DNA from: Eubacteriales bacterium
GTDB taxonomy: Bacteria; Bacillota; Clostridia; Oscillospirales; CAG-272
Assembly: GCA_045632705.1 (NCBI GenBank)
Contig: JAZQXE010000086.1
Location: 1 to 57,772, forward strand
DNA length: 57,772 bases
Direction: 5' to 3'
Shown here: piece after piece, positions 28,547 to 38,673 of the stretch
How the letters are laid out: every line of letters starts with the position of its first letter
Position numbering within the stretch: the first letter of the stretch is position 1
Notes under the pieces: generated by a model
What the model was told of the DNA's origin: nothing
Database searches by the model: none
What the model saw: only the letters and a program-made list of their open reading frames with translations
Translations under genes and position numbers: made by a program

Positions 28547-28760
28547 TTTTCTTGTCTCCGTTGCGCTGTAATTTTTCCTTGGTGCCGTCTTGCCTTTGAA
28601 TATAAGTATTGTCAAGTATACCCGTCATCGACGCGCGCCACTCGAGTATATATTCCTCTCGCAGGCGTGCCTGCTCCGCTTTTTCCGCATCCGTCAGCTC
28701 CTGCTCGCGCGACTTGCGGGCGAGATAATTTATTCTGTCTATCTTTTCCTGTGTCATCAT
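28539..28760 (-). CDS. DUF896 (YnzC/UPF0291-like) small protein
   Basis: MMTQEKIDRINYLARKSREQELTDAEKAEQARLREEYI matches the DUF896 pattern. The ATG at 28760 overlaps the upstream stop (ATGA). Confidence 0.7.
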   Translation of the reverse strand: MMTQEKIDRINYLARKSREQELTDAEKAEQARLREEYILEWRASMTGILDNTYIQRQDGTKEKLQRNGDKKNG

Positions 28761-29947
28761 TTGCCTCCGTTTCGTATATCTTCCCTGCACCGCGCACAAA
28801 GAACGAACCCCTCCGCCTCAAGTCTATCTACCGAGGCGTCCGAGTATTGCTCGTACTTTTCGTCAAGCTCTCCGAGCAGTACACAGCCGTTTTTATGTAT
28901 AATATAGGAATACGTGTCAAGCACGAGCGTCCGCGCCTGCCCCGTCGTATCCGCAGCACCGATATCAAGCGTACCGTGTGCAAACACCGCGCTCCAATAC
29001 GCCGCGTCGTTCTTTGCACCGACTCCGAGCTTCTCTCCGTCGGTCGCGGCTATAACGTGTGAGATATCAGCCGTGACAAAGACCTCCGCCCCCGACCTTT
29101 CCCAATTATCGACCGTACTCGGCGCAGGGTGACCGTACGCGTTGTACGCCGAGCAGGAGATCACCGCATATTCGGCTGATACCGCCTCCACGAACTCCTC
29201 ACCGCTCGCGTAAGCACTACCGTGATGTCCTACCTTCACGACGTCCGAGGTAACGTCGTAGTTTTCGCCAAGTATCCTCTGCTCTGCGGAAGATCCGCAA
29301 TCTCCCATAAAGAGAAAGCGCCTCTCACCGTAACCGAGCATAACGACGGCACTATTATCGTTTTCATCCTCAAAGGCCACCTTTCCCGGCAGCAGCATCT
29401 TCACCTCTGCCTCACCGAGTGAAAACCCAACGCCGCGCTCTGCCCGCTCTACGCTGACGCCCTTTTCCTCCGTCAACGAGAGAAGCTCTGAAAAGTAAGA
29501 GCCGTCCGCTCCCTCCGAGTTCATATAGAGAGTGTCTACGGAAAATTCACCGAGCACAGCCGCGGCACCGCCTATATGGTCGGCGTGCGGATGCGTGATG
29601 ACAAGCGCATTGATACGCTCGTATCCGAGAGCTCTGACGTACTCGCAGACCTTTCCCGAATGTTCCTCGTCAGCCGTATCTATCATAAGGGTATACTCAC
29701 CGCCCACCTCGATAAAAGAGCAGTCCGACTGCCCGACGTCAAGATAATGAACGGTCAACAGTCCCTCTCCGCGATATACCTCCCCGCTCCGAGCGCACCC
29801 GAAAACGAAAAAAGGAAGAATAACTACGACAACGGACAAAAGAAAAGCTGTTAAACGGTGAGTTTTGCCTTTAAGAGTGATAAAAGCCCCATTCACCGCC
29901 AACACCTCCGCTTCTGATAATATCCTTTTTACAGTATACCACCGCAC
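28757..29947 (-). CDS. Membrane-anchored MBL-fold metallo-hydrolase, ComEC C-terminal-domain-like
   Basis: N-terminal TM LTAFLLSVVVVILPFFVFGCA. LTVHYLDVGQSDC...VITHPHADHIGG...VGHHGS. The exact start is uncertain. Confidence 0.75.
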   Translation of the reverse strand: MRWYTVKRILSEAEVLAVNGAFITLKGKTHRLTAFLLSVVVVILPFFVFGCARSGEVYRGEGLLTVHYLDVGQSDCSFIEVGGEYTLMIDTADEEHSGKVCEYVRALGYERINALVITHPHADHIGGAAAVLGEFSVDTLYMNSEGADGSYFSELLSLTEEKGVSVERAERGVGFSLGEAEVKMLLPGKVAFEDENDNSAVVMLGYGERRFLFMGDCGSSAEQRILGENYDVTSDVVKVGHHGSAYASGEEFVEAVSAEYAVISCSAYNAYGHPAPSTVDNWERSGAEVFVTADISHVIAATDGEKLGVGAKNDAAYWSAVFAHGTLDIGAADTTGQARTLVLDTYSYIIHKNGCVLLGELDEKYEQYSDASVDRLEAEGFVLCARCREDIRNGGK

Positions 29948-30032
29948 TTTCGTTTTGTAAACATTTTTTTATCTTTACAAAAACGAAACGCCGCACAGAA
30001 AGCGGACTTCTCATAAGGAAGTTAGATATTCC

Positions 30033-30114
30033 TTGTAGGGGTCGACGTCCTCGGCGACCCGTTATTGTAGGGGTCGACGTCCTCGGCGACCCGTTATTGT
30101 AGGTGTCGACATCC
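30033..30114. repeat. 2.6 tandem copies of a 32-nt unit, each containing a GC hairpin
   Basis: TTGTAGGGGTCGACGTCCTCGGCGACCCGTTA at 30033-30064 and 30065-30096, plus a partial degenerate copy at 30097-30114. The internal stem is GGGTCG/CGACCC. Confidence 0.85.
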
Positions 30115-30147
30115 TTTTGAGAACCAGCCTAAGCGCACATTTTTTCT

Positions 30148-31947
30148 TTAATTGAATTGCGAGTGATAAAGAGAATAATAAAATCCTTTTTTCCTTATCA
30201 GCTCTTCGTGATCTCCCTGCTCTATGATAGTGCCGTCCTTAACCACGAGTATGACGTCCGCGTTTTGAATAGTTGAAAGTCGGTGCGCGATGATAAAGCA
30301 GGTCTTGTTCTCCATGAGTGCCGTCATCGCGTTCTGTATCTGCATCTCGGTGCGTGAGTCTACGTTTGACGTAGCCTCGTCAAGAATAAGCACGGGCGCT
30401 TTTGACAAAAAGGCGCGCGCGATCGTTATGAGCTGCTTCTGTCCCTTTGAGATATTTACTCCGTCATCCGAAAGCACGGTATCGTATCCGTCGGGCAAGC
30501 TCTCAATAAACTTATCTATCCTCGCAGCCCTTGCCGCCGCGTAGACCTCCTCGGGCTTTGCGTCTTCTCTGCCGTAAACTATATTGTCGTATATAGTACC
30601 GCAGAAAAGCCAAGTATCCTGAAGCACCATATTATAAGCAAGACGAAGATCGGTACGCTTAAGATCCTTTGCGGGTATTCCGTCAATGAGTATCTCTCCG
30701 CCTTTAATATCGTAAAAGCGCATAAGCAGATTGATGATAGTCGTCTTTCCGGCTCCCGTCGGCCCGACGATAGCGATCTTTTGACCTTTTTGCGCTTTTA
30801 CCGAGACGTTTTTGAGTACAGTCTTTTCCTCGTTGTAGCCGAAGCTCACGTTTTTCAGCTCGACGTCCCCCTTGACTTGTCCGAGCTCTTTTGCATCGAT
30901 CGGATCCGCCTTTTCCGGTTCCTCGTCGAGAATGGCAAAAACGCGCTCCGCTGCCGACAGTGCGGACTGTATCTCGTGGAGGATGTTGGAAAACTCGTTT
31001 ATCGGCCCTGCAAACTTTCTCGAATATTGAACGAACTGCGCAACTCCTCCGAGCGTAATAAAGAAAGCGGAGGTGGCGAGTATCGTGCCGTTTTGTGAGA
31101 ACATATAAAGGATGCCTCCGATGACCGCAACGAGCGTCAGCGAAAAGTTGTTGATAAAATTGATAGTCGGGAAAAGTAACGCGGCGTTGTATTCCGCCTT
31201 GTAATAGGCGTCCATCGCCTCTTCGTTTATTTCGTTAAAGCGAGCGGAAACGACCCCCTCCGTTCCGTACGCCGATATCGTCCTTGATCCCGTCAGCATC
31301 TCCTCGGCAAAGCCGTTGAGCTCTCCGTACTTCTTTGCTCGACGGCTGAACAAGGGGCGTACCTTTTTCGAGCGGTATCGCGTAAAAAGCAAGGAAGCGG
31401 GAACCGTCAGCGCAAAGATGAGTATCATTGGCCTTGATATCTGCCACATAAAAACAAGCGAGCCGACAACGGTATACAGGCTAGTCATTATCTGGATAAG
31501 GTCGTGAGAGAGGGTACTGTTTATCGTATCTATGTCGTAGGAGAGGTGGCTGATGATATCTCCCGTCGCGTGAGTATCGAAATAATTGACGGGCAAGGTC
31601 GTGAGCTTTTCAAACACCTGACGTCGCATCTTGTATATTATCCTCTGGCTCAAAGCTATCATAACGACCGAGAGAAGATAAGAGAGCAACGCGGAAACGA
31701 CGTAACAGCCGAGCATATAGCCGACGTTCAACTTGACCGCATCAAAATCAACGCCGCCCGCAAGCTCGATAGCGTCTATCGCCGCACCCGAATATCTCGG
31801 GCCTAAAAGAGACAACTGATTCGCACCGAGCGTAAGGATAAGCGCAACGCTGAAAAGCGGCCATTGTGCTATGACGTATTTGCTTAATCTGAAAAACACC
31901 TTTTTGGGTCGTTTTGCCATTTTGCTCTTGTCACTCAAGGAAAGCAC
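30148..31947 (-). CDS. ABC exporter, fused permease/ATPase half-transporter (heterodimer partner B)
   Basis: Six-TM domain plus NBD with Walker A GPTGAGKTT, signature ISKGQKQ and Walker B LILDEATS. The start is ambiguous (GTG 31947, TTG 31938 or ATG 31920). Confidence 0.9.
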   Translation of the reverse strand: MLSLSDKSKMAKRPKKVFFRLSKYVIAQWPLFSVALILTLGANQLSLLGPRYSGAAIDAIELAGGVDFDAVKLNVGYMLGCYVVSALLSYLLSVVMIALSQRIIYKMRRQVFEKLTTLPVNYFDTHATGDIISHLSYDIDTINSTLSHDLIQIMTSLYTVVGSLVFMWQISRPMILIFALTVPASLLFTRYRSKKVRPLFSRRAKKYGELNGFAEEMLTGSRTISAYGTEGVVSARFNEINEEAMDAYYKAEYNAALLFPTINFINNFSLTLVAVIGGILYMFSQNGTILATSAFFITLGGVAQFVQYSRKFAGPINEFSNILHEIQSALSAAERVFAILDEEPEKADPIDAKELGQVKGDVELKNVSFGYNEEKTVLKNVSVKAQKGQKIAIVGPTGAGKTTIINLLMRFYDIKGGEILIDGIPAKDLKRTDLRLAYNMVLQDTWLFCGTIYDNIVYGREDAKPEEVYAAARAARIDKFIESLPDGYDTVLSDDGVNISKGQKQLITIARAFLSKAPVLILDEATSNVDSRTEMQIQNAMTALMENKTCFIIAHRLSTIQNADVILVVKDGTIIEQGDHEELIRKKGFYYSLYHSQFN

Positions 31948-33649
31948 CTCCCATCTGGGAATCGCTTATTTCTTTATACTCGGCACAATTTTCGATCAGC
32001 TCCTCGTGTTTTCCGCAACCGATCACGCTGCCGTTTTCGATAACGAGAATAAGATCGCAGTTCTTGACCGAGCTTACTCTCTGCGCGACTGTAATAACGG
32101 TAGAGTCGGGAATATCCTCCGACAGCGCGCGACGCAGCTCGGCGTCCGTCTTGTAGTCAAGAGCGGAGGAGGAGTCGTCGAGAATAAGTATCTCGGGGTG
32201 CCCCGCAATAGCTCGCGCTATCAACAGACGCTGACGCTGACCGCCCGACAGATTCGTTCCACACGTCGTAACCGCGTAAGAATACCCGTCTCTAAAGGAG
32301 CTGATATACTCGTGCGCCTGTGCGGTCTTTGCCGCTTTGACGATATCCTCTTTTGATATATCGCGTCCGAATCTGACGTTCTCCTCTATCGTGTCCGCGT
32401 ATATAAAATCGTTCTGGAATACCACTCCGAACATCGCGGCGAGCTTTTCTTTAGAATAAGAGCGCACGTCCCGGCCGTTTATGCGGATAACGCCCGAGTC
32501 AACGTCGTAAAAACGCATCAAAAGGCGCAATATCGTAGATTTTCCGCTTCCCGTAGCACCGATAATGCCGAGCGTTTCACCCTTTGAGAGCGAAAAAGAT
32601 ACGTTCTTTACGTTGTTCGTTTTTCCGAGATACGAAAAGCTGACGTCCTCAAAGGAAATATGCAGCGACTCGTCTCCCTTGCCATCATCACAAGCGACGA
32701 CAAGCTCGTTCTTCTCCTCCATAACGCTCGAAATACGTTTGGCGGAGGCGGCACACTTGGTGTACATAACGAACATTCTCGATAGTGACATCATCGCCAT
32801 TGAAATAAGCGTAAAATACTGCATAAACGCTATCACCGTAGTAGCAGAGGACGTTCCCTGCGATACGAAATAAGCGCTGAAAGCAACGACCGCAACAATG
32901 CCGACGTTCATAAGAAGCGTCATTATCGGATTTACTATTCCCATAATAACGCCCGCCTTCGTCTCCCTTTTGCGAAGCGCCGCGTTCGCCTTGTCGTATC
33001 TGGCGTTTTCGTAATCCACCTTTGAGAGTGCCTTTATCACTCTTATTCCCTGCGCATCCTCTCCCACGACTCTGACCATACCGTCCACCGCCGCGCCAAC
33101 GTCGGAGTACAGCGGTACACCCATCCTCGATATCCCGTAAACCACGAAAAAGATCAGTGGAAGCGTCGCTATCATAACGAGCGCAAGCTTTCTGTCCATC
33201 AAAAGCGTAATGACCGAGCCTCCGAGAAGCAGAATGGGAGCTCTTATTCCCATACGCTGTATCATACCGACGAAGTTCTGCACGTTATAGGTGTCCGAGG
33301 TTATCCTCGCCTCAAGGGACGGAATGGTAAACGCATCAACGCTCCTTGAAGAAAGTTGTAACGTCCTTGAAAACAATTCCATTCTCATATTTTTAGAGAA
33401 CATCATCGTAGTTTTTGCCGCCATTCTGTTAGCGGTGATATTTCCGACCGAGGCGATGACCGCACACATAGCCATGAGAACGCCGTATAGCAAAATGCTC
33501 TTTACGTCGTTTCTCGTTATTACGTTTTCAAGTATGTAGCTGAGAAGAAAAGGTATGATAAGCTCCGCCACGGTACCCACTACCTTTATGGTAGTGCCCA
33601 GCGCAATGCGCGAGCGCAGGGGCTTTAGAAATTCAAATATCCACTTCAT
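31931..33649 (-). CDS. ABC exporter, fused permease/ATPase half-transporter (partner A)
   Basis: Walker A GATGSGKST, signature LSGGQRQ, Walker B ILILDDSSS. The start overlaps the marR stop. Confidence 0.9.
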   Translation of the reverse strand: MKWIFEFLKPLRSRIALGTTIKVVGTVAELIIPFLLSYILENVITRNDVKSILLYGVLMAMCAVIASVGNITANRMAAKTTMMFSKNMRMELFSRTLQLSSRSVDAFTIPSLEARITSDTYNVQNFVGMIQRMGIRAPILLLGGSVITLLMDRKLALVMIATLPLIFFVVYGISRMGVPLYSDVGAAVDGMVRVVGEDAQGIRVIKALSKVDYENARYDKANAALRKRETKAGVIMGIVNPIMTLLMNVGIVAVVAFSAYFVSQGTSSATTVIAFMQYFTLISMAMMSLSRMFVMYTKCAASAKRISSVMEEKNELVVACDDGKGDESLHISFEDVSFSYLGKTNNVKNVSFSLSKGETLGIIGATGSGKSTILRLLMRFYDVDSGVIRINGRDVRSYSKEKLAAMFGVVFQNDFIYADTIEENVRFGRDISKEDIVKAAKTAQAHEYISSFRDGYSYAVTTCGTNLSGGQRQRLLIARAIAGHPEILILDDSSSALDYKTDAELRRALSEDIPDSTVITVAQRVSSVKNCDLILVIENGSVIGCGKHEELIENCAEYKEISDSQMGGAFLE

Positions 33650-34086
33650 TTGTTTTCCTCTTGACTTTCTATTATCTCTCTCGCCCTTGACTGCATACGA
33701 CTCAAAACGGAATCGAATATCTCAAGCTCCTCTTTCGGTATCCCCTCTGACAAAAGTGCCATCCACTCCTCCGAGACCGCCTTTACCTCGGGAAAGACGG
33801 CAAGCATCTTTTCCGTCGGATAGACGGAGAATTGCCGTCTGTCCTCCGGCAACGCCTGCCTGTTTATATATCCTCTCTCTTGCAGATAATTGAGATTCCT
33901 CGCGACCGTGCTCTTGTTAACGCACAGGTCCTGCGCTATCTCGTCCTGCGAGCGTCCGGGCTGACGGCAAATACATAAAACGTAAGAATAATGACAGCTC
34001 TGCAACTCATCCCCCGATATCCTGCCGCATCTGTATATCGCCTGGGAACGACTGATATTGTTGAGCATTTTCATAAATTTTGACAT
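33646..34086 (-). CDS. MarR-family transcriptional regulator
   Basis: Winged-helix segment QDEIAQDLCVNKSTVARNLNYLQERGYINR. Start placed at ATG 34086 (GGAGG upstream) rather than 34140. Confidence 0.8.
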   Translation of the reverse strand: MSKFMKMLNNISRSQAIYRCGRISGDELQSCHYSYVLCICRQPGRSQDEIAQDLCVNKSTVARNLNYLQERGYINRQALPEDRRQFSVYPTEKMLAVFPEVKAVSEEWMALLSEGIPKEELEIFDSVLSRMQSRAREIIESQEENK

Positions 34087-34140
34087 TAGATCCCCTCCTC
34101 CGAGTAAAAGATCAGCGCAAATTTCTCCACGCGCAAGCAA

Positions 34141-34162
34141 AATAGTTGCACGCGCAACTATT
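34141..34162. promoter_or_regulatory. Candidate MarR operator (9-bp inverted repeat)
   Basis: AATAGTTGC-ACGC-GCAACTATT, about 55 nt upstream of the marR start. Confidence 0.4.
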
Positions 34163-34248
34163 TTAACAAATTCCCCACGTCAAGTCAACCCCTCCTCCTG
34201 TAAAAATACGCTCCCCCCCTCACTTCACACTACGATACTATGTCTCCG

Positions 34249-34277
34249 TTGACAATAACACGTTTATCGTGTAAGAT
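34249..34277 (+). promoter_or_regulatory. Candidate promoter upstream of cas12a
   Basis: TTGACA (34249-34254), 17-nt spacer, TAAGAT (34272-34277). It lies at the G+C to A+T composition switch. Confidence 0.3.
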
Positions 34278-34376
34278 CGTATATGAAGAAGATTATTTTA
34301 AAAAAAATTTATATCTCACAAGCAGAAGTACTGTTTATCGTACTCTGCACATGGTAAAATAGTCATAGAAACAAAA

Positions 34377-34397
34377 AAGAGACTCAAAGAGTCTCTT
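34377..34397. other. Hairpin AAGAGACTC-AAA-GAGTCTCTT at the left edge of the CRISPR-Cas island
   Basis: Perfect 9-bp stem. It is preceded by an A-run, so it reads as an intrinsic terminator on the minus strand. It is related to the hairpins at 40346-40377 and 40415-40432. Confidence 0.6.
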
Positions 34398-34423
34398 GAA
34401 AATAATAAAACGGGAGTTTGATT

Positions 34424-37400
34424 ATGAAAAACATTTTTAGCAATTTCACTCACTGTTATCCATTGCAGAAAACTTTAAGATTTTCTTTGATCCCCCAAGG
34501 CAAAACAGAAGAAAACATTCAAAAATACGGACTTCTCGAAAACGACGAGTTAAAAGCTATGCTTTACCCCGAAGTAAAAAAAATATTTGACAAATATCAC
34601 AAAGCATATATAGATGAAACGTTATCAACTTTTGTTTGTGATTTTGAAGAATTGTTTGATACGTTTGATCTCTATGTTAATAACAAATCAAAATATCAAA
34701 AAGCATACAAAGAAACCTCGGACAAGTATCAAAAAATGATTTCAGAGCACCTTAAAGGCTCGAAGCTTGCAAAATCAGAAGACAAATTCAAGGAATTAAA
34801 CCCGAGTAATATAATCAAAAGTATCGTTTCTTCCACGAACAAAATTTCATTAACAGACGAAGAGATCTATGCTGTAAAGGCATTTGATAATTTCTCAACA
34901 TATTTTAGCGGATACAGCGAAGTTCGCGAAAACATATATTCTACGAACATTGCCGGATCTGTGGCATACAGAATAATCTGCGATAATTTTCCTAAATTTT
35001 ATTGGAACTGCAAAAAGTACAATTCAATACCCGATGACAAAAAATTAGAATTTAATAGTGAACTGAAGTCATTGACGTCTTTAGCGCTTGACGAAATATT
35101 CTCAAAAAATTATTTTATCAACACAATCACTCAGCAAGGATTGGAACTTTACAATACAATTATAGGCGGAAAAACCAATAATGAAACTAGTACAAAGGAA
35201 GTAGGTTTGAACGAACTGTGCAACCTATATCTAAAGGATCAAAAAATCAAATTTTCTCCTTTGTACAAACAAATTCTGTCAGATAGAGAAACCGCATCTT
35301 TTATTCCCACAGCTTACAAAAACGATATAGAGGTAAAAACGGATATCGTCACTTTGTGTGATTACATATCCGAATCCAACATTGACAGTTTGCGTTCCGC
35401 ATTTCTGTCCGATAGCCTATGCCTTGATAAAATATACATTGACAAAAAGCAGTTACCCTTCCTTTCGCAGTTGCTCTTCGGGGGAGATTGGGGACGGATC
35501 GGCAAAGCTCTTGAAACACACACAGTCAACAACTCCGAAACCAAATCATCAAAAAAAGCAGAAAGCATCACAAGCAAGGAGCTGTTTAACTTATCTGATA
35601 TAGTTTCATCGCTTGAGTCCGAAGATTATTCCGAAAACATTTTAGAAGATGCTTTCGCTGCATTTGAAGAAGCGTTCGCTTCGGTCGTTAAATATTACAA
35701 TAGCGAAAAAGCATTTCTATCAGACAATTCCCGCATTGAATCTTTTGACAATATCAAATCAATTTTAGACGAAATACAAAAAGCAGAAAAAATCCTAAAG
35801 ATATTCAATGCTCCCGATGATGTTGAAAAAGACGATTTGTTTTACTCTGTATTTGATGAGGAATATTCAAGATTTAGGAGCAACATCACAGTATATAACA
35901 AAGTAAGAAACTACGCTACCAAAAAGCCATACTCCCAAGAAAAATTCAAACTCAATTTTAACAATTATCAGCTTGCCACCGGATGGGATATCAACAAAGA
36001 AAAAGAATGTTCAACGTTCTTGTTGACAAGAAACGGCAAGTATTATCTCGGCGTTTTGAAGAACAGAACTATATTTGAAGCAAAAGACGACGATGGTAAT
36101 ATCACAGACGATTGTTTCTCAAAAATAATATACAAACAGATTCCCAACGCAGCAAAATATCTGAGCATAAAGCAGATAAAGCCGCAAAACCCTCCAGCTT
36201 CTATACTCAAACTCTTTGAAAAGGGCTGCGAATTAACAAAAGAAGACCTGTGCGCAAAAATAAATTACATAGTAAATGATTTTCTTCCCAATTATGCTCC
36301 AATTCACGACACCGACGGAAACCCCTATTTTAATTTTGAATTCAAAGCTACCGAGAACTATTCATCTTGGAAAGAATTTTGTGATTCCGTCGATAAACAA
36401 GCGTACAGTCTTTCCTTCAAACCGGTATCGGAAAAATCGATATTTTCTGCTATAGACGAAGGAAAACTGTTTTTATTTGAAATATACAGCAAGGATTTTT
36501 CCGAAAAATCCTTCGGAAAGCCTAACCTGCATACATTATATTTCCGAGAGCTTTTCTCAGAAGAAAACATCAAAGACCCCGTATTCAAACTAAACGGCGG
36601 CGCAGAATTGTTCTATAGACCTGCAAGCATCCGCAATCCTTTTGTGCATAAAAAGGGCTCTGTCCTGATAAACAAAAAAGATAAAAAAGGCAACGTCGTG
36701 GACGAAGCGTCGTATATGGCAGCTACGGAAGATGCAAATACCGATATGACAATAGAGGAACTAAAAAACAAGCATCCGTCCCTTCTGTTCAGATATGCTC
36801 CGCATGATATCACTAAAGACAAAAGATTCTCAACCCCCTCGTACAAATTTCATGTGCCGATAACTCTGAACAACGCAACAGATGTTAAGTATCCAAAATT
36901 CAACTCTGCGGTGCTTGATGCAATTAGCGAAAATACCGATGTTAATATAATCGGCATTGATCGAGGCGAACGCAATCTGCTGTATATCAGTGTCATTGAT
37001 CAAAACGGAAACATTCTTGAGCAAAGATCCCTCAATAGCCTCAACGGTATCAACTACCACCAAAAACTCGCTATTATTGAAAAAAATCGTGACAACGAGA
37101 GGAAAAACTGGCACACCATAGAAAATATAAAAGAAACAAAAGAGGGGTATCTTTCTTTAGCCGTACACGAAATTTCAAGTCTTATGCTCAAGCACAATGC
37201 AATCATCGCTCTTGAAGATTTGAATTTCTCTTTCAAACACGGCAGGTTCCATATTGAAAAACAAGTATATCAAAAATTCGAAAAAATGCTGATAGACAAG
37301 CTCAACTATCTCGCAGACAAAAGCAAAACAAGAGAGGAAGGAGGCATAGCAAACGCTTATCAGCTTACAAATCAGTTTGAGAGCTTCCAAAAATTAGGCA

Positions 37401-38104
37401 AGCAAAGCGGATTTTTATTCTACGTCCCAGCGCGCTATACATCAAAAATTGACCCCGCAAGCGGTTTTGTAAATTTGTTTACCAACGACCATTTGAAGTA
37501 TTCAAGCTGTGCCACTGCTGCCGATTTCATAAGCAAATTTGATTCTGTACGATACGTATCTGAATACGATTGCTTTGCATTCGATTTTGATTACTCGAAA
37601 TTCAATTTGAAGAGTACCGACTACACTAACAAATGGACAGCTTACACCGTTGGAGATGATAGAGTAAACACCAAAATAGAAAACGGACATTATAAGCACG
37701 AACGGACCAACGTTACAAAGGAAATGGTCGACTTGTTCAACACCTACAACGTTGACATCAACCAAACAGATATGAAGCCGCAAATTCTTAAAATCGATCA
37801 AAAAGAATTTTGGAAAAAGCTCCTGTGGTTATTACGTTTGACTTTGTCTTTGCGCCATGAGGATGACAAGGACGATTTTATCCTCTCTCCAATTTGTGTT
37901 AATGGCAAATTCTACGATAGCAGAAATTTCGCAAATACTCCGGATGCAAAAATGCCAATTGACGCAGACGCTAACGGCGCATATCACATTGCACTCCAAG
38001 GTCTGAGATTGTTGGGACGAATATCAGATGGCAAAATAACAGCCGACGAATCAGGAAAGCAAAACTACAATTGGCTGAAATTTGCACAAACAAGAAACAG
38101 TTAA
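34424..38104 (+). CDS. cas12a: Type V-A CRISPR effector nuclease Cas12a (Cpf1)
   Basis: 1226 aa from ATG 34424 (GGGAG 7 nt upstream; the ORF track begins at TTG 34418). N-terminal YPLQKTLRFSLIPQGKT. WED/RNase His in YKFHVPITLN. RuvC-I IGIDRGERNLLY (Asp codon 36959-36961). RuvC-II AIIALEDLN (Glu codon 37214-37216). RuvC-III DADANGAYHIALQG. Nuc-lobe LSLRHED..DFILSPI. No HNH insert. Confidence 0.95.
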   Translation: MKNIFSNFTHCYPLQKTLRFSLIPQGKTEENIQKYGLLENDELKAMLYPEVKKIFDKYHKAYIDETLSTFVCDFEELFDTFDLYVNNKSKYQKAYKETSDKYQKMISEHLKGSKLAKSEDKFKELNPSNIIKSIVSSTNKISLTDEEIYAVKAFDNFSTYFSGYSEVRENIYSTNIAGSVAYRIICDNFPKFYWNCKKYNSIPDDKKLEFNSELKSLTSLALDEIFSKNYFINTITQQGLELYNTIIGGKTNNETSTKEVGLNELCNLYLKDQKIKFSPLYKQILSDRETASFIPTAYKNDIEVKTDIVTLCDYISESNIDSLRSAFLSDSLCLDKIYIDKKQLPFLSQLLFGGDWGRIGKALETHTVNNSETKSSKKAESITSKELFNLSDIVSSLESEDYSENILEDAFAAFEEAFASVVKYYNSEKAFLSDNSRIESFDNIKSILDEIQKAEKILKIFNAPDDVEKDDLFYSVFDEEYSRFRSNITVYNKVRNYATKKPYSQEKFKLNFNNYQLATGWDINKEKECSTFLLTRNGKYYLGVLKNRTIFEAKDDDGNITDDCFSKIIYKQIPNAAKYLSIKQIKPQNPPASILKLFEKGCELTKEDLCAKINYIVNDFLPNYAPIHDTDGNPYFNFEFKATENYSSWKEFCDSVDKQAYSLSFKPVSEKSIFSAIDEGKLFLFEIYSKDFSEKSFGKPNLHTLYFRELFSEENIKDPVFKLNGGAELFYRPASIRNPFVHKKGSVLINKKDKKGNVVDEASYMAATEDANTDMTIEELKNKHPSLLFRYAPHDITKDKRFSTPSYKFHVPITLNNATDVKYPKFNSAVLDAISENTDVNIIGIDRGERNLLYISVIDQNGNILEQRSLNSLNGINYHQKLAIIEKNRDNERKNWHTIENIKETKEGYLSLAVHEISSLMLKHNAIIALEDLNFSFKHGRFHIEKQVYQKFEKMLIDKLNYLADKSKTREEGGIANAYQLTNQFESFQKLGKQSGFLFYVPARYTSKIDPASGFVNLFTNDHLKYSSCATAADFISKFDSVRYVSEYDCFAFDFDYSKFNLKSTDYTNKWTAYTVGDDRVNTKIENGHYKHERTNVTKEMVDLFNTYNVDINQTDMKPQILKIDQKEFWKKLLWLLRLTLSLRHEDDKDDFILSPICVNGKFYDSRNFANTPDAKMPIDADANGAYHIALQGLRLLGRISDGKITADESGKQNYNWLKFAQTRNS

Positions 38105-38106
38105 AT

Positions 38107-38670
38107 ATGGAAAATCCATTATATATTACCTCACTCAACGATTTTATTTTTTGTCCTGTCTCAATTTATTTTCATAACATAGACGGCGCTGCCGATATAC
38201 TGACATTCCAAGATGAATATCAGTTAAACGGCAGTGCCGCCCATGAAAAAACTGACAACGGTGATTACTCTGATAAAAAAAGCGTGTTGCAAGCAATACC
38301 AATATATTGTCAAAAGTATGATTTGCTTGGAAAAATAGACGTTTTTGATACAGAAACTGGCATTTTAACAGAACGAAAAAAGAAAATTGACTTCATATAT
38401 GACGGATATGTGTTTCAACTTTATGCGCAATATTTTTCTCTGAGTGAAATGGGATACAAGGTCAACGAAATCCGTCTATACAGTTATGACGACAACAAAA
38501 CCTATAAAATACCTTTACCAAGTCAAAATGAAGAAATGTTTTTTAAATTTGAAAAAGTAATAAATGATATCAAAACTTTTTCGTTTGAAGAGTTTGTACA
38601 ATCAAACATTCTTAAATGCAAAAAATGCATATACGAGCCTCTTTGTTCATTTTCAAAAAAGGAGGATTAA
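38107..38670 (+). CDS. cas4: CRISPR-associated exonuclease Cas4
   Basis: Start at ATG 38107, 2 nt after the cas12a stop. N-terminal Cys in FIFCPVSIYF, a C-terminal CKKCIYEPLC cluster and a RecB-like core DVFD...ERKKK. Confidence 0.9.
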   Translation: MENPLYITSLNDFIFCPVSIYFHNIDGAADILTFQDEYQLNGSAAHEKTDNGDYSDKKSVLQAIPIYCQKYDLLGKIDVFDTETGILTERKKKIDFIYDGYVFQLYAQYFSLSEMGYKVNEIRLYSYDDNKTYKIPLPSQNEEMFFKFEKVINDIKTFSFEEFVQSNILKCKKCIYEPLCSFSKKED

Positions 38671-38673
38671 CCT

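Noticed and set aside
30033-30114. The 32-nt tandem repeat considered as a mini CRISPR array.
   Set aside because: The units are directly abutting with no spacers, there are only 2.6 copies, and no cas genes are adjacent. It is better described as a tandem REP-like palindromic repeat.
34141-34417. A search for a tracrRNA/anti-repeat complementary to the CRISPR repeat in the non-coding DNA flanking the cas operon and array (also 39931-40058 and 40345-40499).
   Set aside because: I found no stretch complementary to GATTAATAATCCCTTATAATTTCTACTATTGTAGAT. This is consistent with type V-A, so no tracrRNA feature is reported. The scan was by eye and is not exhaustive.
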